From positions 12,586,001 to 12,650,000 of the forward strand of contig OX597825.1 of assembly GCA_951406725.2 (NCBI GenBank): a DNA stretch of 64,000 bases. Direction: 5' to 3'. How positions within the stretch are numbered: the stretch's first letter is position 1; each line of letters begins with the position of its first letter. The position numbers and the translations under genes were made by a program. Of this stretch, positions 13,275 through 25,233 are shown one piece after another. The notes beneath the pieces were generated by a model that saw only the letters and a program-made list of their open reading frames with translations, was not told the origin of the DNA and ran no database searches. The DNA comes from Octopus vulgaris. Taxonomy: Eukaryota.

Positions 13275-16151
13275 CATTAAAAATTATTAAAAGATCATTA
13301 ATATTGAAAGGACATTAATGAATTGTAGACATCGGATAATGAATTAGTTGGGTGGTAGCTACTGTTTTTTCAGTGTTTTTGACTGGACCGTCGTTAGTAG
13401 AATATTTTCCTCATTTCATTGTAAAATTTTGTTGAATGCTATAACGACTGTTCGATGAATTGTGAACTAAGCTGCTTTACACATTTCTGTCTTATCGGGT
13501 CCGTTAACGTACACATGTGACCGCATATTAAAGAGGTCCGTCCATTTGTGACCACCAGTGTTTTTCGAAAATCATAATTACATTAGAGCAACTTGAGAGA
13601 AAGTAGGCTGCACTTTCTAGTAGTTTTTGGGGACCCATTTAAAGTAGCGTCGCCTTGACTCATGAAGAGATTATTTCTGCAGATAAATCGAGAGAATAAA
13701 ATAGAGGGAGAGAGAGAGAGGGGGAGAGAAGGCTGATGATATAGGCAGTAGATTAGAAAAGATAATTAAAGAACTATCGGAAATAATAATGAATTTAATG
13801 AATAGAGGAAATATCGGATCATATTTAACTAATAGGTTTTCGGTTGGTTAAGCGAGGCAGATCATGAACTATTTACCTCATAAATCAAATCGCATTCTTA
13901 CATTCCTCTCCCTTACATCTTCTGCATTAAAGATGCATTATCTTTATGAAAATGCAACCATCTCTCAATAGTTAAATGAAGCGTGATATCCGACTAGATA
14001 TGGTTTATATTTGCAAGCGCGAACCTAATTCACTTATTTGCCTCCGGAATCAGAACATTGCAGTTCATGCCATACCCACTTTCTTTCAGCATGGCTTGAT
14101 TTCATTCTTTTTTTTTTTCGTATTATTTCGGCAACTTATAGCCACACCTTCCTTAACCGATACTCAATATTGTGCAGCATTTTATAGTTTCTTTTCGAAA
14201 TCATTTTTAAAAAATTACGAAAATGAAACTTCGATATTTATTAAATATAATTTTAGTGCAGAATTTACTGCTCTTTGTTTTCTTACCACTAATGAGAAGT
14301 GGAATATTAATCTTGCCCTTACACGCCACATCACTGGTCGTGAACATACAATCCAAAGCATCAGTCTCATGGTTTCCAAATGGCATCAAAGGATGAATTC
14401 CTTTTAAAAACCATGTTTCTCCAGTGGATCAATTTTTACAATGTACCTACCACAAAACATCGTCCTACCTACAAGATTATGCTTGATCTCCTAAACAATA
14501 TACCTGGCTGTCTCACAGACGTCTCTTTTTCATATACAAACCCAGCTTGTCTTAAATCATGTCTGCTTCTGTACAGTTTATTGTTTGCTCACATACACTA
14601 CCTAACCATATAGCCAAATATTAGGCTATTTCTTGGCAATCTTTTTGCGTCATGCAAGAGTAATTATATCCAATTATTCTGCTGTTTTCACAGCGATACT
14701 ACGTTCGAAATAATCATTTCTTGTTTGCATAATACATTACTTATGGTATTTTCTTCACATACCTTAGAAATCTTATGGCATTTCATGTAAGGTGACCGGT
14801 CAGAAGTTTGTCAGTTCAATGATTTTACATTAGCACATGCTGAGCGCTATTATATAAGCCATCGCTGTGAGTTGCTAAAACAAAATACAATTCAAATACT
14901 GCAGTTTTTCTAATCGATTAACTCTTCCCCTACCTATGTGTTTCGTCTTGTGCCTATGTTACGAAATCTTATTGTATTTTTACATCTGCCGAAAGGTGTA
15001 TATATCTTTTCGGTGGTTATATTTAATTTAATCAACTGCAGTACGCTGCAAATACCTATATACAACTAAACTCTTCCATATATTTAATCTGGTTGCATCA
15101 GATTTTGAGGCTTCCTCCTGCTGATAACCAAAAAAGAAAGCAAAGCCTGAATCTGAAAATGGAAACAAATAACACAAACATACTGAATTCATTTGAAAGC
15201 ACCAATAGATTAAGTTGTTATTCAGATTTCTCATCTAATATTTCTTTTATGCCATCTGTGTCTCAATTATATACAAACATCTACGTACAATGAGCCATAA
15301 AAATATACGACCACTCTCAGAAAATAAAAAGGAAAGTATAATGAAATGGAAACGAACATTCGTAAATTAAGAATTAACCAATTAAACAAATGATTAATAA
15401 TACTTGTGGGACCCGCAATTCTAATCACAACATGAAGATCAATGTCTTGTATCGATGCTGGCAAAACTGCTGCTCTCCAGAACCAGCATCATTATTACCC
15501 TCCTTATAACTAATTAGTTCACATTTTCTAAATGCTGAAGTAATAAGCATATTGCTCAATCCTGTCTTACCATTTAAAATCCATCTCAACAAGATAACAT
15601 GAAAATTGTGTAAATGAATTTAGAACAAGGAGGTTATAATCCACTCTCTTGCTGGAAGTTCATTCTTGGCAAATATACACAGTACACAGAGGTCTTAATG
15701 AGAGAAGGATGGATATAACCATTGAGAAATACGTTGACACATAAGAAATGGTAAGAGCACTCACGAAACCCGAAATGTCACAATGACATGACTATGTGAT
15801 TCTCTGACAGACCATTCCGTATTGACAAAGCCATTGTTGCGAACAACCAATATATACCAAAGAAAGAAGTTATTCAGTTTGACAGACACTTGAAATCATT
15901 ACAATAGACACAACGCTGGGAAAGATGTTAAAAGCTTTCATAGTACTTTGATTTTAAAATGTATATAGTTTGTGTATGAAAGTTCAACACAAGACTAATG
16001 TCGAGTGCTCTTTATACAAATAAAAAATGTTTATGAATAAATAATATAAGCACAAAATGTCCTCATCGCTGTACGTTTATTTCAAAAAGTTAACGATGAT
16101 AGCCATAGGGACAACTAACACCGAGACATACTACACAATCATCATCATATA

Positions 16152-16322
16152 GGCGCAGGAGTGGCTGTGTGGTAAGTAGCTTGCTAACCAACCACATGGT
16201 TCTGGGTTCAGTCCCACTGCGTGGCATCTTGGGCAGGTGTCTTCTGCTATAGCCCCGGGCCGACCAATGCCTTGTGAGTGGATTTGGCAGACGGAAACTG
16301 AAAGAAGCCTGTCGTATATATG

Positions 16323-16355
<33 letters not shown>

Positions 16356-16547
16356 CTGTGTTTGTACCCCTAGCATTCCTTGACAACCGATGCTGGTGTG
16401 TTTACGTCCCCGTCACTTAGCGGTTCGGCAAAAGAGACGGATAGAATAAGTACTAGTCCCGGGGTCAATGTGCTCGACTAAAGGCGGTGCTCCAGCATGG
16501 CCGCAGTCAAATGACTGAAACAAGTAAAAGAGTAAAAGAGTAAAGAG
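16152..16547 (+). mobile_element. SINE family A, full length
   Basis: Aligns with 63039-63453 apart from a small internal deletion. Confidence 0.9.
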
Positions 16548-18093
16548 TATATCTCTATATTGGAAAGTTATTTTAACATATAAAAGCTACACTATGACAA
16601 CACAAGTTGCAACATCAACGACAACAAGAACAACAACAACCATACCAACAAAGCACATTTCGGAACAGAAGGTATTAGATGTATAACAAAACATTACAAC
16701 ATATTCCAAAAAGACAATATTGCACATATCTCAAGGACACACAAATGCACCCGGTGATGTTGTGATGGGCGATAGAGAATATACCGAAAATAACTCTCAA
16801 TAAATTTTCCAGCTGTCGCATTACGCTTAAGCCTGAAAAATTCCATCAACCTTCCCCCACGCATTCTTTTCTGTTTTGATAAAAAATTTCTTTGATCATT
16901 TAAACATGCTCTATTATTTATCAGAACATCTGTTTCTGCTTGATAACCAAAACAACCAAATTCTGCTGTCAGTAATACAAAAATAATTTTCTCATGGAAC
17001 TTGAAAAATGTTCTTGAATAGTTTTCAAATTTTTATTAATGGCAGATTTTTAAGATAGGCACAAGATGAGTCACATTGTAAGAGGGAGTCAGTGGACTGT
17101 ATCAGCTTCAATACTATTTTGTTACATAGCTTCTTACATCGGGAAGCTTAAACGATAAAAATCAACATCGGCGGAATCTGAACTTAAAACGATAAAACAT
17201 GTTATTATATTGTTCCAGTATTTCATACAACATTCTATGCAATCAGTCTATTCATTCCCAAACCACTGTATTATATCCTGGAAAAAATTATGGAAGAAAA
17301 GGATAAATTAACAGCGAAACAAAACAAAAAAAAGTTTAAAATAATAGTTGCGCTGCTGGGATGTTATGTGAAATTAACTGATAATGGTGAGAGCCACTGA
17401 AGAATAAGGGCTTTTGGTATACGTATCTGTTGTATACGGGATCAGTTACACACCAGCTACAAATAAAATTCCTAAATATTGATTTAAAGATAAATAAAAA
17501 ATTCAAGAAATTACCAGCTGGTGTATTATCTTCAAAGCGGAAGAATTTTCTTCCGCATTTGTTTAATTTTTTTCTGCTCCCGAAAAATCTTTTTGATTTT
17601 TTAAAAACAAATTGCAGTACTTATCTAAACATCTGTTTTTGTTGGGTGATAGGAAAAACCAAATGCTTCTATCATGAATAAACTTATATTCATCGTAGAA
17701 CTTAAACAATTTTCTTAGAATACTTTCCAAATATTTGTTAGTGATCCTGTTATATCGAGCACTATTTTGTTTTTTGGTTCTGAATGTGTTTTTGTTGTCC
17801 ATTTTATATCATTTTCCCATGTTGCTGTTGTCGGGATTGAATTATAAATAAATTTACTTTCGTGGTAGAACGAATCCTATAGCGGGAGCGTTCAGATCTC
17901 GATCCTTTGTGAAGATGATAGCAATAAATGAAATAAAACATAAACCACTTATAATCCGGCAAAATTGGTCTAAGAACAATATGGTGAACTGATTATAGCC
18001 ATTGTCCTAAATAGCCATTGTCCTGCATTTGACTGAATTTAATATGCGTTGTGTTTTAAAGCTTCAAAACTTTTAAATATTATTTCAGTGTAA

Positions 18094-18301
18094 GGCGGCG
18101 TACTGGCAGAATCATTAACATACACCGGGCGAAATGCTTAGTAGCATTTCGTCTGTCTTTACGTTCTGAGTTCAAATTCTGCGAAGGTCGACTTTGCCTT
18201 CAATTCTTTCAGGGATATTAATTAAGTACCATTTGCGTATTGGGTCGGTCTAATCGACTGACACCCTCTCCCAAAATTTCGGTCCCTGTGCCTAGAGTAG
18301 G
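18094..18301 (+). mobile_element. SINE family B, alternative tail
   Basis: B head and body. 18-bp TSD AATATTATTTCAGTGTAA at 18076-18093 and 18302-18319. Confidence 0.88.
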
Positions 18302-19102
18302 AATATTATTTCAGTGTAACTTTTCTGTATGCTAGTATACTAATTTTAAAAAGCTGTTTTGACTAGAAAGCTAGCAAAACAACACGGAATTGTTTCAAAA
18401 ATAGGCGTAGAGCATCGTTCAGAGGAATTGTCGACATCATCGTTCCCTAATTATTTTATTGACTCTGAAAGGATGAAATGCTCAGTTGATTTTTGCGAGG
18501 TATAGACTTTCACAACTTGACTGTAATTTACAAATTTAGAATGACAGGAAAACATTATCAAGATTTCTAATAAGAAACACTCGAAGAAGTATTTGCAGAA
18601 TGAGACTCCCCAGAGTAACTCTAAATATGCCGATTATTTCGTGGGTGTATATAATGATTATGCAGTTTCCTCATCACTGATCCATCTGAAAATTAATATA
18701 GCATATGGCTGTTATTAGTACAAAACGTATATCTATGCATGGAATGTTTAAAATGACTTTTGCTTTGCTAGAAATGGTACACCAATTTTCCTTAAATCAT
18801 TAAAATGTAATGAAAAGACAGATACTATAACTGTTGGAAAGAGGGTATGGCAAAGAGTGAAAAGCCTTTCATAATAGGTCCGCTTTGTTTCGAATTGGCC
18901 TATCGACTGACAACAACACTGATGTTAAAAGATGTTGCCCATGTAATTATATTGACGAATGATTTTTTTTTTATTTTCAGAATTAAGATAAAATCATATT
19001 ATGAAGAAAACTTAGGTGACAACCTATACGATAATTAACTGAGTCAATTACACTGCCATGTGGATTTAATTCTTTAAAAATATCAAACAACTACTATATA
19101 AC

Positions 19103-19495
19103 AATCCTTTCTACTATAGACACAAGGACTGAAATTTTTGGCAGAGGGATAGTTGATTACATCAACTACGATACTCAACTGGTACTTCATTTATCGAGCC
19201 TCAAAGGCAAAATTCGACCGCGGCGGAATTTGAACTCATAACGCAGTGACGGGAGAAATACCTATTTCTTTACTACTCACAAGGGGCTAAACACAGAGAG
19301 GATAAACAAGGACAGACAAACGGATTAAGTTAATTATATCAACCCCAGTGTGTAACTAGTACTTAATTTATCGACCCCGAAAGGATGAAAGGCAAAGTCG
19401 ACCTCGGCGGAATTTCAAATCAGAACGTAGCGGCAGATGAAATACTGCTAAGCATTTCACCCGGTGTGCTAATGATTCTGCCAGCTCGCCGCCTT
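19103..19495 (-). mobile_element. SINE family B dimer (full monomer plus head-truncated monomer with alternative tail)
   Basis: Two B bodies joined at about 19262. The junction reads gaaatag|gtatttc on the minus strand. Confidence 0.8.
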
Positions 19496-19751
19496 TATTT
19501 TTTCCGACTCAGTATTAACTGGTTTTTACAACGATTTGTAACTGTGCCTTTATGAAGAACACACTATCGCTATTTCGAATTTTCAATAGAAATTTAGGGA
19601 AAATCTATATTCCCTTAAATCTAATTACTTACACACCGTTTCTTCTAATACAAATGAGGAAATTACATTAAAGTAGAAACTAGGTGAACATTAAACAATC
19701 TTCACTTATTTCCTCGAATCCACACGAAAGGGATTATTCAAAACCAACTTT

Positions 19752-20191
19752 GGATCTTTTCGGTTTGAACGGCAGTTTTTAGCATAATTTCTAGGTAGTT
19801 AAAAAATTTTAAACTTCGTATACTAGTAGAATATGTTTATAAAACATCTTTTTCTCTTGGCTTTATTGAGAAAATTCTATAGTTTTTAAGATATTTGTTG
19901 TTTTTTCTTCAATTTCTGCAATTTCAACCAATCACTGACGTCCATTGAGGTAAACAACATTCTATGCCGTATGAATATGTCCCTCGTTTAAAAAACAGAT
20001 TGGGTTTATTTACATTTGTGAAGAAAAAAAGATACCCTTTCCACCACACCTAACCCTAACCCTAACTAAACCTAACTAACTCTAACCCTAAAAGAGATTG
20101 AAATGCAATAGATCGATTCTAGGGTCATAATTATGGGTGACAATTTCATATGGCACCGCTAGAAAAACTGCCGTTCAAACCGAAAAGATCC
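19752..20191. mobile_element. MITE with about 30-bp TIRs and 8-bp TSD (Merlin-like)
   Basis: TIRs GGATCTTTTCGGTTTGAACGGCAGTTTTT / AAAAACTGCCGTTCAAACCGAAAAGATCC. TSD CCAACTTT at 19744-19751 and 20192-20199. Internal CCCTAA-type repeats at about 20049-20091. GG termini with an 8-bp TSD fit Merlin (superfamily call is inference). Confidence 0.85.
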
Positions 20192-21195
20192 CCAACTTTT
20201 TCTCAGGTACTTCAGCATATATTTTCTGTTTCAATGTCTACAATGCACACTATTTATTACTCATTTCAAATGTCTGCATCATTTTTAAATGGTGAGCAAC
20301 ATTTTGAGCGCAAAAATATCTTATTTGCTTCTCAATTATCGTCAAGTAACAAATACGATTTTCTAGCTTTCATTGGGCTTCCTTCAGAGTATTTGTTTCT
20401 TTCAATTTTCACAGCTTTTATATATACGAATGGATTTCTGTTTACGATTGCTGTGTTTGTGTTTGTGTGTGCACGCACCTGTATGTATGTGTGTATGTTT
20501 GCGCGTGTTATCATAGAAGAACTAAATAGTGTTTTTGCTTTATTTTTCGGTACTTCTTTCTGAACGTCTACCACATTTTAATTCCAATTGTAGACAACAA
20601 ACTCTTCATTGTGGAATAATGTGGATATCTTGCGGTTCGAATTGCTACGGTATTCTAAAAGAAAAAATATATATATACATGCAATGGATTCAGTTATATA
20701 GGTAGGGATATTTTCTTTCTGTTATTCTTTATTATATTGTAATATTGCGTTAGTATTAGAGCTATCGTCAGGGACGTCTACGTCCCTGATAATGAATTTA
20801 AATATTAATCCACTTTCGACGAGTCGTTAAACACAATGTTTGACGTCAGTTACAAAATGAGATACTTTCAAACAGAACAAAAACGCTTTTTGTGTGTTAG
20901 CTTTCCCTTCTAACTCAACTATATTAATATTTGTGGCTGTAACAAAGTACCACAATGAACTAACAACGCACCAATATAAGAAGCGACACGTTGACAGTAA
21001 GGAGGTTTCATTAGATTGCAATCTTTTGTTGAAATATTTCTGTAAATGCATGGCGTCTAAATGGTCGCAAAACATACAGTGATAGCACAGAAATGTTTCT
21101 CATATCCAACAGCCACGTCTTTGTGATTGCGAACAAGTATTAGACCGGTTCGTCCTGGATGAAGATAGATCGAGCAGTCATGGCTGCAATTCAAT

Positions 21196-21343
21196 GATCA
21201 GTGCTTTTATCGATTAGCTCCGGCGTTAAGGTCAAGGACAACGGAAGTGAGAAAACTTACAGAGATGAAAATGAAAGAAAGATTCGGTAGTGGCACATCT
21301 CACATATTTCAGGTGTACAATCTGAAGATTAAAAGTTCGGTGA
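21196..21343. repeat. About 147-bp dispersed direct repeat, copy 1 (copy 2 at 22513-22659)
   Basis: Both copies read gatca..ttttatcgattag..gtgagaaaactta..gagatgaaaatgaaaga..acaatctgaagattaaaagttcggtga. Confidence 0.85.
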
Positions 21344-22678
21344 TGTCTACGGCTTATGCTTCTGACTCCCATATTCAGATGGCAGTCCGGATTATATAAA
21401 TATATAATATTGGTTTATTTGAGTGACTCCAGTAAATCATTAAGTTCTGATCTGCATAGATACACAGTAGCCCTAAATATTTGTTGCATTTTATGCATTA
21501 TAATCAACGACGTCATTTCGTACGAGCGTAGACACGAAACCTGAACGTTACCTATCGCTGGCAGGGTGACCAATTACTGCTGTTTAGCATTCAAGTGACC
21601 ATCATTGAAAAGACCAAAGAAGGTCGAAATCACTTAATCTGGTGGACTCGGCGCTGGAGGTAGCAGGGACTTATCTTCCCGAGGTGATATAAGGAGGAGT
21701 GCATTCGGCACCAAAATGCCTATACGATAGTTTCGTCCATAGCAGTTTCCGCAATAAAGTTTGTTCTTACAGAACACCCACGTGGGGATAAATATTACTT
21801 CTTTGTATTAGTACTACTTCTGTCTCTTATACATTTAGCTATAGAGGTTTAGGCTCGCCCTTAATATCCGTTGGCAGCTTTTAAAAATATCAACCTGTTA
21901 CATAAATTTGCTGATCCACAAAAGACTATATTTGTTCAAGATGCATGACATTTTCATAATAGGAAATATTCTTATTATTAATACCTTCACTAGCATTGTC
22001 TCATCGCAAATATCTTCATTCAATAGATTCAACTCCTGCCTTGCAAAAGTTATGTTCTACTTGACCCACAGGCAGGAGATAAAGTTAAGCTCAGATTTCA
22101 TTTGTGATTGAAATTCACTGATTTATTTATTTCTGAGAGTGCCAACTGCGTTAAGAAATACACGAACATCGGATTATAAGGTAAATGACATTTACATTAA
22201 GAACAGCTTCAGTCATATTCGTCTTGTATATGGACACGGAAAATATCTTAGGAAAGTTAAAATTTCATTGAGCTGATATTATGAATTGATTTTGAGATTT
22301 GGTAAGTTACATTTACACCACAACGGCAAAATGGCTCATTTGACTTATGCAAGCCTCACTTGTAAAATAGAGTCGTCTCTGCTTTGTTTCAGCTGTCATT
22401 GACTTAACGTCATTTCATGTGTAAAAATTCAGTTATTTTTCGTCTACAATTCTGTATTTCAGGAGACACAATTATTTCATTATGACTTAGCTGCTTTGAC
22501 GACACTAAAATAGATCATTAGTTTTATCGATTAGTTCCGACGTGGAGTTCAAGAACAAGAAAGGTGAGAAAACTTAAGAGATGAAAATGAAAGAGAGATT
22601 GGCTAGTGGTACATCCCACATGTTTCAGATACACAATCTGAAGATTAAAAGTTCGGTGAATAGTAAATTACTTTTCTT

Positions 22679-22839
22679 AACATTATTTACAATTGACGGA
22701 TATTTGTCCTCATCTTGTTTGTTGTTAACACAACGTTTCGGCTGATATACACTCCAGCCTTCATCAGGTGTCTTGGGGAAACTTTGAACCTGGGTTCTCA
22801 TCCCTAAAATATTTTTCAATGTTGTTGTTGTTGTTGTTG

Positions 22840-22898
<59 letters not shown>

Positions 22899-22992
22899 GC
22901 TATTATTATTATTATTAATATTATTATTATTTTTAGTTTTATTATTATTGCTATTAATATTATCATTATTATTATTATTGCTATTATTATTA

Positions 22993-23065
<73 letters not shown>

Positions 23066-23152
23066 CATTATCCTTATTCAGGTTTCTGCCTGGAATCGAA
23101 CTCAGAATCTTAGGGTTAGTATCGCGCGCTCTTAACCACTACAACATATGCC
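22679..23152 (-). mobile_element. tRNA-headed non-autonomous retroelement with (TAA)n spacer and hammerhead ribozyme tail, full-length copy
   Basis: The minus strand reads GGCATATGTTGTAGTGGTTAAGAGCG..CTGAGTTCGATTCCAGGCAG (A and B boxes), then (TAA)n/(CAA)n, then a unique tail with the HHR at 22727-22772. Confidence 0.8.
22727..22772 (-). ncRNA. Minimal type I hammerhead ribozyme
   Basis: GACAC-CTGATGA-A-GGCTG-gagtgtatat-CAGCC-GAAA-CGTT-GTGTT. Intact core, 5-bp stem I, 5-bp stem II and a palindromic AACGTT stem III region. Confidence 0.8.
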
Positions 23153-23336
23153 GAGTTCGATTCCAAGCAGTAACCTGAATAATAATAATGATAACAACAA
23201 CATCGAAAAATATTTTAGGAATGAGAACCCAGGTTAGAAATTTCCCCCAAGACACCTGATGAAGGCTGGAAGGTATATCAGCCGAAACGTTGTGTTAACA
23301 ACAATCAAGATGAGGACAAATATCCGTCAACGTAAA
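23153..23336 (+). mobile_element. Inverted, 5'-truncated second copy of the tRNA/HHR element
   Basis: Begins at the B box GAGTTCGATTCC, directly abutting the 5' end of the minus copy. It has a short (TAA)n and the same tail. Confidence 0.8.
23251..23296 (+). ncRNA. Minimal type I hammerhead ribozyme
   Basis: GACAC-CTGATGA-A-GGCTG-gaaggtatat-CAGCC-GAAA-CGTT-GTGTT. It differs from the minus copy only in loop II. Confidence 0.8.
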
Positions 23337-23570
23337 CCTGAAAGTATATACAATACTACCACTGGATAGCAAAGGGTGGAATCTGAAGGTTGACGTGCTT
23401 TATACTGTACTCTTTCTTAACAGAATATATCCTAACTTCTTTCTGTTTTCTACTCCCAAATTCACGTACAAGTGTTTGATCGGGTCGAGGCTGTAATAGA
23501 AAACACTTTCCCAAGATGTAACGCATTGGGACTGAACCAGGGACCATGTAGTTGGGAAGCAAGCCTCTTA

Positions 23571-23794
23571 TTTGTTTATTGCCCACAAGGGGCTAAACAT
23601 AGACGGGACAAACAAAGACAGACACAGAGATTAAGTCGATTACATCGACCCCAGTGCGTAACTGGTACTTAATGTATCGACCCCGAAATGATGAAAGGTA
23701 AAGTCGACCTCGGAGGAATTTGAACTCAGAACGTAGAGACAGACTGCTAAGCATTTCGTCCGTCGTGCTAACGATTCTGCTAGCTCGCCGCCTT
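23571..23794 (-). mobile_element. SINE family B, nested
   Basis: Full B sequence. The approximate TSD GCAA(G)CCTCTTA at 23559-23570 and 23833-23843 also encloses the tRNA fragment. Confidence 0.88.
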
Positions 23795-23796
23795 CA

Positions 23797-23835
23797 TCGT
23801 GGAGAATCCGGGGATCAATCCCGGTACTTCTCGCA
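23797..23835 (-). pseudogene. 3' half of a tRNA (tRNA-Ala-like), retrocopied fragment
   Basis: Minus strand TGCGAGAAGTACCGGGATTGATCCCCGGATTCTCCA-CGA resembles the 3' half of metazoan tRNA-Ala (..TGCGAGAGGTACCGGGATCGATACCCGGCATCTCCA, recalled from memory). The T-arm CCGGG/CCCGG pairs. Confidence 0.65.
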
Positions 23836-24766
23836 ACCTCTTACTACACAGCTATGCCTGCACCGATGATAGTGTTCTTTCTTGTTACACCAAGAGAGAG
23901 AGAGTTATGTTATTCTGGTAAATGCAAGATGCGTAACAAAAAATTCATTCATTCCTGAATAGGAATATCGTCGTAAAACAACCGAAAAAGCTTCATTAAG
24001 AAACCGAAAGCTGATCATAGATACGGCGTACTAGAAAAACTAATTTTTTAAATCATTAAATCGACTTATATTACAAATAAATCCATACGGAGTTCTTTCA
24101 AGCCAAATATTATAAAGAACACTCCTTCCAAAATATTTCTCGTTGAAAGTTATTTCTGTTAGTTACAGATTTTATTTATCTGAAAAAAAACCCCGGAAAT
24201 TTAAGTCCAATACAAAGTTAACAACAAAAAAAAAGAATCGCTTTTCCTTCCCCTTCTGTTTTATTCTCTTTCACTGAAGGTATTCTCTCTTTCTCCTACG
24301 TACACACCATATGCGCAGAAAAAATAATGGTAAACATTATTCTTTGGAGCACAAAACTATCAGATTTCCAAACCATAGCAATTAATTCAAACCGGAACTC
24401 TTTCTTAAAAGCATTAAACTGTTCGAAATCGTAAAGTGTCCAATAATTTTCTTTCTCGCCAGGAGGTGTACTCAACGCTATCTTATGACAAAAGAAATGT
24501 GGAGGTTTACTATCAATGCTAAGCAATGGCTACCCAAACAGACATCTGATACTGGACTGAAATATAAAAACAAAATCTAATAAACCTCAATTGTTTCTTT
24601 CGTTTTCTTATAAATTGCTATCCTTTTCGTTGTTGATGTTGTTGTTGTTGCTGTTCTTGTTGATGCCTCTTTTCAACCACTTGACAATGTGTGAACCCCG
24701 TGGTTCGGAAATTTCTCCTTGTAACGCCTTTCAATCCGTCACACGTGTGGTCTGCAGAAGACATCG

Positions 24767-24768
24767 TT

Positions 24769-24815
<47 letters not shown>

Positions 24816-24992
24816 AATCATCATCACCATCACCACCACCGCCACGCCACACCACGCCACACCACCACCACTATCATCATCACCATATCTATCATCGTCA
24901 TCATCATCATCATCATCACCACCATCACCGCCACTCCACCACCCACCACCCCATCCCAACACCACCACCACTACCACCACCATCACCACCAC

Positions 24993-25039
<47 letters not shown>

Positions 25040-25199
25040 CCATCACCACCACCGCCACGCAACACCACGTCACACCACCACCACTATCATCATCACCATA
25101 TCTATCATCGTCATCATCATCATCACCACCATCACCGCCACTCCACCACCCACACCCCACCACCACCACCACCACCACCACTACCACCACCATCACCAC

Positions 25200-25231
<32 letters not shown>

Positions 25232-25233
25232 CC
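24767..25233. repeat. (CAT/CAC)n compound array with an internal duplication of about 210 bp
   Basis: The block cgccacg.acaccacg.cacaccaccaccactatcatcatcaccatatctatcatcgtc..cgccactccacc occurs twice. Confidence 0.9.

Larger units (their letters stand above)
23425..23864 (-). mobile_element. Old SINE family A-like copy interrupted by a tRNA-fragment/SINE B insertion
   Basis: Head at 23836-23864 (ggtgcaggcatagctgtgtagtaagagg). The body resumes at 23570 and runs to about 23425. Confidence 0.7.

Noticed and set aside
13223-13320. CRISPR-like or other spacer-repeat array (also 47719-47806)
   Set aside because: Simple tandem duplications without unique spacers, in a eukaryotic context.
13880-14700. 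Complex sequence with several short ORFs, possibly a decayed DNA transposase
   Set aside because: I could not identify any diagnostic motif by eye.
18960-19020. Possible 35-bp micro-exon (polypyrimidine tract-CAG ... AG|GTGAC)
   Set aside because: Splice-like signals are common by chance in AT-rich DNA. There are no neighbouring exons or recognisable peptide.
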